64,000 nucleotides of DNA from a virus. The DNA is taken from the IMG/VR virus record IMGVR_UViG_3300045988_117466, positions 68,519 through 132,518 of that record; one strand, given 5' to 3'. The position numbers and the translations under genes were made by a program. Shown here piece after piece: positions 41,514-49,474 of this stretch. Numbering within the stretch: position 1 is the stretch's first letter; every line of letters begins with the position of its first letter. Below the pieces are notes generated by a model. The model was not told the origin of the DNA. It saw nothing but the letters and a program-made list of their open reading frames with translations, and ran no database searches.

Positions 41514-42126
41514 ATATGTATTTTAATTTTAAAGCAGGTCTTCACCTTACAGTCATTTGTGGAATAGTTTGTTCTGCAACATAGTAGATAAGTCTGAGCT
41601 TTGAGGAGCGACCTCTAACTTCTTACCTAAGTCTAAAAGACCAGTTCTATGACATGATCAATACATGCAATGTCAACCCGCCATTCAGAATTAAGTTTTA
41701 TTGTTATATACTCTATTAGCATATATATTCATTTTGAATTTGAACTTACCCTTAACTGACTTGAGCGACATACCAGCGACTTTTCTTATACACTGTCTTT
41801 TGAACAGCTTCACATCAAACTACATTATTTGGCTTTTCCACCTTTTACGTACCTGCCAGAGTACGCATTGAAGTGGATTATTCTCCACAGGAGCGTCTAT
41901 TGTTGTAGCGAAAAGTTCTGTGCGTTAACCAGACCAAAATGCTGCACAATATCCATTTGCTTGAGAGTTTCTCTCTTGTCCATATCAAATCACTCCGACA
42001 TAAAAAGAGACACAAAGAACGTATCCGTACAATGTATCTCTCCAATTCGACATATGTGCCTAGAATATTTCTCGGACTCATGGCATTGAGTTTTATAACC
42101 GAGTTGCTTATGTTTTAAAATACAAA

Positions 42127-42198
42127 CACCCTAAGCTGGATTTGAACCAGCACGAACGGTTTTGGAGACCGTCATTCTACCAACTAAATTATTAGGGC
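42127..42198 (-). tRNA. tRNA-Trp: tRNA-Trp (anticodon CCA)
   Basis: Acceptor GCCCUAA/UUAGGGU, anticodon stem ACGGU/ACCGU with loop CUCCAAA, T-arm GCUGG-UUCAAAU-CCAGC. Confidence 0.85.
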
Positions 42199-42205
42199 GA
42201 TATTA

Positions 42206-42279
42206 CTGACATGACAGGACTCGAACCTGCAACACCAACGTCCGTAGCGTTGTGCTCTGTCCAGTTGAGCTACATGTCA
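42206..42279 (-). tRNA. tRNA-Arg: tRNA-Arg (anticodon ACG)
   Basis: Acceptor UGACAUG/CAUGUCA, D-arm GCUC-AACUGGACA-GAGC, anticodon loop CUACGGA, T-loop UUCGAGU. Confidence 0.85.
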
Positions 42280-42322
42280 TTAAAATTCGACCTCAATCCA
42301 CATAGGATTTTGAGGTACTTTC

Positions 42323-42408
42323 GTCCCTGTTGAGGGAATCGAACCCACTCGTGACCGAAGCCATCTGATTTACAGTCAGATCCGCCTCCTTAGCGGGATA
42401 AACAGGGA
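42323..42408 (-). tRNA. tRNA-Tyr: tRNA-Tyr (anticodon GUA), class II
   Basis: Acceptor UCCCUGU/ACAGGGA, anticodon loop CUGUAAA, long variable arm, T-loop UUCGAUU; 86 nt. Confidence 0.8.
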
Positions 42409-42450
42409 TATAAGCCCGTGAGCTCGAAAGACATCACAGGACAACCTAAA

Positions 42451-42536
42451 CGCTGCGACAAGGATTCGAACCTTGAGGTCACTAGGACACAATAGTTTTC
42501 AAGACTACGCCGTTATAACCATTTCGGTACCGCAGC
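42451..42536 (-). tRNA. tRNA-Ser: tRNA-Ser (anticodon UGA), class II
   Basis: Acceptor GCUGCGG/UCGCAGC, anticodon loop CUUGAAA, long variable arm, T-loop UUCGAAU; 86 nt. Confidence 0.8.
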
Positions 42537-42541
42537 AAAAG

Positions 42542-42633
42542 CGTACAGAGTGGGCTACGACCCCACGTTACATGTATTCGCATGTAAACCCAATTAGCAG
42601 TCGGGCGCCTTAAACCAACTCAGCCATCTGTAC
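42542..42633 (-). tRNA. tRNA-Ser: tRNA-Ser (anticodon GCU), class II
   Basis: Acceptor GUACAGA/UCUGUAC, anticodon stem CCCGA/UUGGG with loop CUGCUAA, long variable arm, atypical T-loop GUCGUAG; 92 nt. Confidence 0.7.
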
Positions 42634-42817
42634 ATAATTTTTGTAGACCACTTGAAGTAAAGATTCACAAATCACATTGAACCAAGTTATCGAAAGCTTC
42701 TACATGTCTTCGTCCGTGCGCATCAGACTAATCATTTTACGATGTGTGATTTATTTATACTGCCTTAGCAGTTGGTTCACCAAAATCTGTTCGCAAACAG
42801 TCTGGATCTCTCGTCAA

Positions 42818-43201
42818 TTACTTGACTAAGTATACTTTTCGGTATTTCTTCCCAAATTTTCTAACTTGGCTGTGAGAAGAGAAGTACATGTCGATGTGTT
42901 TTCCTTTTACGCCGCCTCCGACATCTTCGGCTACCAGTGTCTTACCACCAATTCTCACTTTGCTACCGAGTTTAATTTTTCTTCGATCGACTGAGATAGT
43001 TCTACCGGCTTTTGCTCTGCGTCCAGAAGCAGTACGATTTCCCCATCCACCAGAACAACTACGACAACCACAGTAAGCTGTGATTTTGTATGTTCCTAAA
43101 CATTTGACTTTTTTGCTCTTTGCTGGAACAGAAGAAGTAAGTCCTCTAACTGTGATCAACAAGGCCATTAACAGTGCGATCATTGAAATTCTCTTTTTCA
43201 T
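42818..43201 (-). CDS. secreted 3D-domain protein (MltA/RlpA-like double-psi beta-barrel, cell-wall active)
   Basis: Signal peptide MKKRISMIALLMALLITVRG. 3D-domain pattern YKITAYC...GNRTASG..AKAGRTISVD...LGSKVRIGG.TLVAEDVGGGVKGKHIDMYF. Confidence 0.75.
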   Translation of the reverse strand: MKKRISMIALLMALLITVRGLTSSVPAKSKKVKCLGTYKITAYCGCRSCSGGWGNRTASGRRAKAGRTISVDRRKIKLGSKVRIGGKTLVAEDVGGGVKGKHIDMYFSSHSQVRKFGKKYRKVYLVK

Positions 43202-43406
43202 GTTTGTCTCCTTTGGTTGCTTTTACAAGTTTCCTCTGGAGGTCTATATATGTTATGGACAGTTGCAAGTCTCGGATGTCATCTCTGATTTTTTGTTTTT
43301 AGCATAGACCTCGGAACCTACGAAGCGAATATTCTTTGTTGAAACAGCGTAGGCGTGAATCTTTGATCCACTGACATTTTGAGATTTTATCTGCCCTAAT
43401 AACCAA

Positions 43407-43529
43407 TTATTTACTCTTGGAATCTTTTTTGATCTGCTGGCGTTTCTTGAATGGAACTGGTTTCAATCCCCATGCAGTTCTTAAATCTTCCAGTGAGTTG
43501 TAATGTTCAGTTACTGTATTCCTTTTCAT
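43407..43529 (-). CDS. mini-ORF, 40 aa, basic (below the ORF-track cutoff)
   Basis: ATG at 43529 preceded by GAAAGGAAGGA, immediately downstream of structured-element copy 2. MKRNTVTEHYNSLEDLRTAWGLKPVPFKKRQQIKKDSKSK. Confidence 0.3.
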   Translation of the reverse strand: MKRNTVTEHYNSLEDLRTAWGLKPVPFKKRQQIKKDSKSK

Positions 43530-43547
43530 TGTCTATATCCTTCCTTT

Positions 43548-43630
43548 CATATATCACTATTTTACCACCCCTTCAAAACACTAGGTTTTACCTGGGTTTC
43601 TGAGGGGTATTTAATGTGGTAATTCTGCTC
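43548..43630 (-). promoter_or_regulatory. conserved ~80-nt structured element, copy 2
   Basis: UUACCAC...CCCCUCAGAAAC-CCAGGU-AAA-ACCUAG-GUUUUGAAGGGG...GUGGUAA, then AAAUAGUGAUAUAUG and an SD. Confidence 0.6.
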
Positions 43631-43732
43631 ACCACTCAAAAATTTGTCTTAAAATACACTTTTTAGTATATATAATTAACTTTATTTTCTTTTTGAAAAT
43701 CTGATCTTTTGAGCATTTCCTTATCCTTCCTT

Positions 43733-43815
43733 CCATATATCACTATTTTACCACCCCCTGAAAAACGTAGGTAGAACCTAGCGTTTTCAGGGTCAATTAA
43801 TGTGGTAATTCTTTT
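43733..43815 (-). promoter_or_regulatory. conserved ~80-nt structured element, copy 3
   Basis: UUACCAC-AUUAAUUGA-CCCUGAAAACG-CUAGGU-UCU-ACCUAC-GUUUUUCAGGG-G-GUGGUAA, then AAAUAGUGAUAUAUGG, an SD and a 17-codon mini-ORF (43663-43716). Confidence 0.6.
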
Positions 43816-43823
43816 TGCTGGCC

Positions 43824-44678
43824 TTATTTTTTGTCAGAATTATAGTATTTAGTATATCTATTTAACTGCATTTCATTCTTACAAGAAATACAATACTGTC
43901 TAAGCCGTCCTTTACGATGCTTTTTCTTTTTTGAGATGTCTCTAAAAGGTTCTCCACAACAAGAGCATACAGAAATCTCAGGATATCCAATAAAGTGAAG
44001 ATATCTGTTCCCAAGATTCTTGAAGTCTGTAATTTCAAGAGCGACATCTCCTGAATCAGCAAGAATATCTACAGAGAAGTTTAAGCTATTAACTTTCTTG
44101 CTCATTGTTATACAATCGCTTCTGAACAGTCTGCCGATTATTTGGCATCTACGTTCTCTTGTACCTACTGTATTACCCAATGAGAATAAATCTTTGTAGT
44201 CTGTATTCACCCAGCTGTTATTTTGAGGATTCAGAGCATTATAATACTTGGCCAAACAAAGAGCAGTGAAGAGGATCTTTTGATCTCTAAGATTCTCTAA
44301 CCCATTTATAGTTTCCATTTCAGATTCATAGATCGGCAGTGAATCAATTTCTACAAGAGGATACTTTTTAGCTTTATGAATTATCTCATCAATGCATGAA
44401 TACCATTTGGCTTCTCTGTAGCTCTCACAGGACTCTTTTAAGAACTCATTGATAGTTTTATATACCTCTGCAGGTTCTAAGCCTTCCTCGTGGATATAAT
44501 ACTTTGCAAGCAGGGTAGCAGTATATGGGATACTGCCTTCCAGCTCTTTTGTTTCTAAAATTTTTTCTACCAGTTTTTTTTCATTTAGTACGATATTAAT
44601 AACAATCAGCCTCCTCAAACATAGATGATTCAATTTGTTTAATAGTTTCAATGACGAAAGAATCTCCGTCATATTCAA
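43824..44678 (-). CDS. hypothetical protein with C-terminal zinc ribbon
   Basis: C-terminus CSCCGEPF...CISCKNE. The ORF-track start overlaps the RNA polymerase 3' end by 83 nt, so the true start is probably internal. Confidence 0.45.
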   Translation of the reverse strand: MNMTEILSSLKLLNKLNHLCLRRLIVINIVLNEKKLVEKILETKELEGSIPYTATLLAKYYIHEEGLEPAEVYKTINEFLKESCESYREAKWYSCIDEIIHKAKKYPLVEIDSLPIYESEMETINGLENLRDQKILFTALCLAKYYNALNPQNNSWVNTDYKDLFSLGNTVGTRERRCQIIGRLFRSDCITMSKKVNSLNFSVDILADSGDVALEITDFKNLGNRYLHFIGYPEISVCSCCGEPFRDISKKKKHRKGRLRQYCISCKNEMQLNRYTKYYNSDKK

Positions 44679-45738
44679 AATCTCCTGATTCAGCTCTTAC
44701 AGGATAAGAGATCTGGTGATAGTTTCTCTCTAAGAGTCTTTGGACAAGAATGTCTCCAAACATGTCCCATACAAACTGCTTACTCTTACCATTGGTGTAG
44801 CAGAGATCAAGAAGAATGTCACAAGCTTTCTCAGGATCAGGAACAGCAGTAGCAACAGCTTCTCTGAACAACATGACTCGATTATTGATAATGTCTGTTA
44901 CATTTAGACCAAAACCACCCTTACCGTTGATCAGAGCATTTAAGGTTTTCATTTTCTTTGAATATTCACTGTACAGCTTCTTAAGAGCATAATAATCATT
45001 CTTGTTGTACTCATGATCTCTTTTGAGAATGGAGTAATCAAAATCTGTTTGTGTGTTCAACTTCTTTAAGTATCCATCAAACTCATCCTCAAAGAGCTTA
45101 CAGATTCGATTCATTACACAAGGCCCTGTACCTACAGGCAAGAACTTATAGTAGTGGTCTAAGAATTCCGCTTCATCCTCTGTGATAGGTTCTGTATCAG
45201 CTTTCTTGAGCAATTCATCAATCGTACACCCAAACCAGATGATGCATTTGTCATTTGAAGCTTTCACATAATTTGTATAATCCTTTCTCAGATGAGAGTA
45301 GATGTAGATCATGAAGTATGGCTTCTTGTCAGCTACGATTCTCTGGTTGAATTCTTTCCGCTTACGATCCTTTGGTGAGTCTTCAGGATGGATGTTATTT
45401 TCCTTGCGATTGTACCAGTAAGATGGTATTGGTTTACACACGATGCCTTTTAGACGATCAATACTTCCTTGTTGATATAGCTGACCACAAATGATTCTGT
45501 AATCTAGTTCTTTAAACTCATCACTGTCAGGGGAGTAATGAGACTGTACTTCAAACTGAGAAGTGATGATGTTTGTTGTGAAGCCAATTTCGTCTCCAAA
45601 GGCATCCTTGTAAGCTTTTAGGATGTCTTTCTTTTTGGGAACAATCTTATTAGCCTTACGCTGCACACAAATGATTGATGGAAGAGGACGATTGTTCTCA
45701 ACAAGTATTCTGTTGTTAGTTGTGAAGAAGAGGTCTCC
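44596..45738 (-). CDS. single-subunit two-barrel RNA polymerase (YonO/RdRP-like), exon 2 (380 aa)
   Basis: The frame is open 72 nt upstream of the ORF-track GTG and begins GDLFFTTNNRILVENN..., with no SD or ATG. It supplies the GD of the DFDGD motif. Confidence 0.65.
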   Translation of the reverse strand, partial: GDLFFTTNNRILVENNRPLPSIICVQRKANKIVPKKKDILKAYKDAFGDEIGFTTNIITSQFEVQSHYSPDSDEFKELDYRIICGQLYQQGSIDRLKGIVCKPIPSYWYNRKENNIHPEDSPKDRKRKEFNQRIVADKKPYFMIYIYSHLRKDYTNYVKASNDKCIIWFGCTIDELLKKADTEPITEDEAEFLDHYYKFLPVGTGPCVMNRICKLFEDEFDGYLKKLNTQTDFDYSILKRDHEYNKNDYYALKKLYSEYSKKMKTLNALINGKGGFGLNVTDIINNRVMLFREAVATAVPDPEKACDILLDLCYTNGKSKQFVWDMFGDILVQRLLERNYHQISYPVRAESGDFEYDGDSFVIETIKQIESSMFEEADCY

Positions 45739-46081
45739 CGATGTACCCTCGGTTTCCCGATATTTATGGAGAAAGGGGACTAGACTATATCATTACACAG
45801 CATAGGTCTTACACTGTGATGCTCGGCACTTCCCTTGGGGAGTTTCACCCTTTTGGTACTCTACTTGCTACCGATACCGTATTCCTCGAATATCAGTGCT
45901 TTGGTTAGTCGTTTAACTTTCAATTTCTTGCTTAGCACAGGATTACCACCGACTCTACTCGCTGAGGCTTCCCTGTTAGCACATGTGTTAACTTCCATTT
46001 CCTGAAGCTACTGTATGTCACATGTACACCTTACATTTGTAAGTTCACCGAGTTTTACTTCGACAAATGGTATGCTCAGAT
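45739..46081 (-). mobile_element. ORF-less group I intron (343 nt) in the RNA polymerase gene
   Basis: Minus-strand R GTTAAACGACTAACC (45903-45917), S ATGATATAGTCTAG (45780-45793), Q-like AATCCTGTGC, P-like CTAACAGGGAAGCC. U at 46082 precedes the 5' splice site and G at 45739 is the last intron base. Confidence 0.8.
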
Positions 46082-47731
46082 ATCGAAGTCGCAGCCGTTA
46101 AGTGATTCACATGTATTGTCCCAATTGTTGATCACACAAATGGATGGGAGATACTGGAACCAATATGAAAGCTGCTCATTGTTCTTCACTTTAAGATTGA
46201 CGATATTGTAATGGCTTGTCATTGGAGCTCTGAAACAAGCTACTTCATCAACCTGTCTATCAACCCAATGCTTGTGATACATTTCTCCTGCTTTAAGTAA
46301 TCCTGTGACTTCAAGCCCAAACATAGACTGCATGAGAGCATATGGATCACCAGCAACGATTGAATAATTACCTTTCACTTTGATGCGTCCAATCTTAGCA
46401 TCTTGGATTCGTTTCTTAATGAGCGAATGAATCTTAGATCGAATGAAAGGATCTTTGATCATCTCAGGTTCAGCTATGAGTGCCTGGATGTATGTAAAAG
46501 CATCTGACTGTAAGATGTTCTTCTCAGTCATATTCTTACCTCGTAGGAAGAGCAGAGTCTTTCTGTAATCCATTCCAAGAATGTCTTTGATCTCTTTTAT
46601 GGTTGGCTCACAAAGCTCTCTTATTTGGGCGTCTGTGAGGTGATAGCTCTGTAAGAACTGATAGTTAAGATTTCTTTCAGTATCACATTCTTGTTCAGCT
46701 GTCTTGGCAAGAGCAAAGTGATAATCATACTTCTCAATGTTCTCTAAGTAGTCTTCCATGGAATCATATGCGTCCCAGAGTTTAAACATAGATGTTGTAA
46801 GTATCACCTGAGCGTCTCTAACGTCCCTAGGATGGCCCCAAGCATCAATAATGGTATAAGTGTTGGCTACGTTCTCTGCAAAGGCTCTAAAGTCCATACA
46901 GTGAAGCATACCTTTACAGAATGGCCAACCTCTCATGTTGCCAGATGGAAGAGGAGTATCATAATCTCCATTCAGTTCACCATTCCATTGCTTTGCAAGT
47001 TCTGGAAGAACTAATCCTTCTCCATCAGATCCATTGTGCACAAACTCTTGGTTATCAAGAAGAGTTACTTCTGGTTCATCTGAGTTTGTATCATCCACAT
47101 AAAGAGCTTGTCCCTTAAAGACCGTCTCACAATCTTGTACAACAATCACTCCTGATGGTGGAGTAACAACTGTAGAAGAAGAGCAGAAGAGTGCTTTGTA
47201 TGCTCCAAGCTTGTGAGTTATGATCGGAACCTCTTTGTTCCTTCCTGCATCTACTTTCTCACAGAGAGTATCGTACACGTTGTCACTGACAAAGATTACA
47301 ACACTGTTCTTTAATCCTCCTGTAGTTCCTAAGAAGAGATTGTAGTGAAGATCGTTTACAATGAATCCATGCTTGCTACAGTAGTCATAATCTTTCTTTG
47401 TGTCGAAGACCACTGTGAGGTAGTCTGTTTGGAATCGACATTTGTACAAGTCATTGTAGAGTAGTGAGATAAGTTCTTTGCTTCCTCTGTTGGCTGAAAG
47501 CTCTTTGATCTTCTTTCGGATTCTTTTTGCTCTTATGTCTGAATCATAGTCATGGATTAATGAGTCGATTGTTCTTAATGCTTCAGAGCTTGAAAGAGTA
47601 ATAATGTCATCTCCATTCTCCCTCGCTTCATTGAGTGGTAGAGAAAGTTTCCACTTCGCCTTTCTTAACCGGCTGCTGTGTAGTTTGTAAATATATTTCT
47701 GACTCGTCTTTTGCTTAGAAATAATGATCAC
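46082..47731 (-). CDS. single-subunit two-barrel RNA polymerase (YonO/RdRP-like), exon 1 (550 aa)
   Basis: Probable GTG start at 47731 after AAAAAGGAG. Ends ...EVACFRAPMTSHYNIVNLKV...VINNWDNTCESLNGCDFD|, resembling the R-x-P...G-x-D-x-D-G-D region of YonO / cellular RdRPs / beta-prime NADFDGD. Confidence 0.65.
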
Positions 47732-47936
47732 TCCTTTTTTGATTTTTGTGTATGTTTTTACAGTAAATTGGAAAAATATGGAAAGCGAGTATATTTTCAT
47801 ATAAATACTCATTGTTACTACGTAACAACAAGTATTTTATAAAAATAGGATAATTAAATATTATATAATACTTAATTTTAGTAATGTATTAATAGTTTCA
47901 GACTTATCTTGAAACAAATGTCGATTTTATGCGGGT

Positions 47937-49067
47937 TTAAGAACCTATTCGAGGTTTACAGCCGGCCATCATTGTCCAATGATTTTGGCCCCCTTTGTAA
48001 AGAAAATCGACAACCTTTCGAACATCCGTTCCATACCTTGAAAATTTCTTTTTCCAGTAATCTATGGTAGATAAAGTATATACATGAACTAATTCTTCAT
48101 CGATTTCAAGTTCTGTTGACTGAGGAAGAAATTGATGAAATTTGAATTTCATTGACATATCGTTGATTAATTTATCCTTCCTGGACTGAGCAAGTTTGAG
48201 AACTTTTGGTTTCAAATTGTGCTGCAGTCTTTTTTGATACATATAAAAATCAAACTCTTTTAGGTATGAATGTTCATCTGGATAAAGATATTCTGGCTCG
48301 ATCACAAACCTATAATATAAACCTTGGAACTCAGGATAAGATGTAAGTATTTCCCGAAACTTTGGATATACTTCTGGATAAATCTTAGCCGTTTCGATCT
48401 CAATGGAGCGTGCCGTATTAAAGGTTTTTCGTAAAGCCTGTTCATACAAGTACCGTTCTCGTTTGGTAAATTCTCTTAGAGGTTCATCTATAGTTCTTCT
48501 ACACACAATACGTGTTCTTCTTTTAATGATTCCTCTTTTTTCCATATTTACCAAAGTGTCATGCAATCTTGTATGTGCGATTTGTTTCATACAGTCATAT
48601 GCCACCTCAAAATAAGATGGAGAATATTTAAATTCACTCAGATCATAATCTTTTCTGTTTGCCACCAAGAGACCAAGTACTTCACACCATTTGTTTTTAT
48701 CCCAGTTTTCATTGATGTGATTATCTAAGATATGAATGATCATCATTTCCAACATATATCCTGTACTCATAAATGGCTTCCTAAGTTCCCAAGAGAATGG
48801 GTTCTCAACCAACTCACCTTTGACCTTTGTGATTTTAATTTGTCCATCTTTTTGTTTCTGAGTGCATAAGAAGTAATCGAGCTTTTCTTTATAATACGCA
48901 TATTTGTTTTTCCTTGCTTCTTTACTAATGCCAGCCATTTGAAGAATTTCGCCGTAATTTTTGTACTTTGTACCCTTTTTAAATCCTGACATATCGAACA
49001 AGTGCTGTCTTTCTTGCTGGAACCATGATTGTTCTGTTAGATATTCGTTTCTTTCTTGTATCGTCAT
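47937..49067 (-). CDS. hypothetical protein, 376 aa (first gene of the minus-strand block)
   Basis: ATG at 49067 after AAGGAGGTCAA. No recognisable motif. Confidence 0.5.
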   Translation of the reverse strand: MTIQERNEYLTEQSWFQQERQHLFDMSGFKKGTKYKNYGEILQMAGISKEARKNKYAYYKEKLDYFLCTQKQKDGQIKITKVKGELVENPFSWELRKPFMSTGYMLEMMIIHILDNHINENWDKNKWCEVLGLLVANRKDYDLSEFKYSPSYFEVAYDCMKQIAHTRLHDTLVNMEKRGIIKRRTRIVCRRTIDEPLREFTKRERYLYEQALRKTFNTARSIEIETAKIYPEVYPKFREILTSYPEFQGLYYRFVIEPEYLYPDEHSYLKEFDFYMYQKRLQHNLKPKVLKLAQSRKDKLINDMSMKFKFHQFLPQSTELEIDEELVHVYTLSTIDYWKKKFSRYGTDVRKVVDFLYKGGQNHWTMMAGCKPRIGS

Positions 49068-49121
49068 TTTTTGACCTCCTTTGTGTTGTTTGCTTTTGTT
49101 AATTCAATGAAAAAGTGCATT

Positions 49122-49231
49122 TGTCTGAGCAATGACACTTTTCTTTCGATGAATTCACATTACCATAGATGTAGAGTAAAATCAATAGTTTTTTGAAGAA
49201 AAAATAAAATTGTGTGAGTAATGACACTTTT
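49122..49231 (+). repeat. direct repeat pair TGT(C/G)TGAG(C/T)AATGACACTTTT
   Basis: Copies at 49122-49142 and 49211-49231, 19/21 identical, in the non-coding switch region. Confidence 0.7.
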
Positions 49232-49279
49232 TATTTCATTTAAGTACGTTTAAGGAGGCTTAGACTAGGATTTTTGTGT

Positions 49280-49474
49280 CAAGTGTTTTTTGAAAATTTC
49301 TTAAAATAATGTTTTCTTTGGCTGTTTTACTGGGCTTGTTCTGGATTTTTCTTTAACTCATTGTACTTATATAGGTAGAAATATGGCTGTTTTATGCGAT
49401 TGTACAAAAATAAAATAAATTAATTTTTTATACGCTAAAGTATTGACTTTTGAAAAATCAAGTGTTTTTTGAAA
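49280..49474 (+). repeat. direct repeat pair CAAGTGTTTTTTGAAA
   Basis: Identical 16-mers at 49280-49295 and 49459-49474. Related TTTTTGAAAA strings lie at about 49545 and about 49925. Confidence 0.7.
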
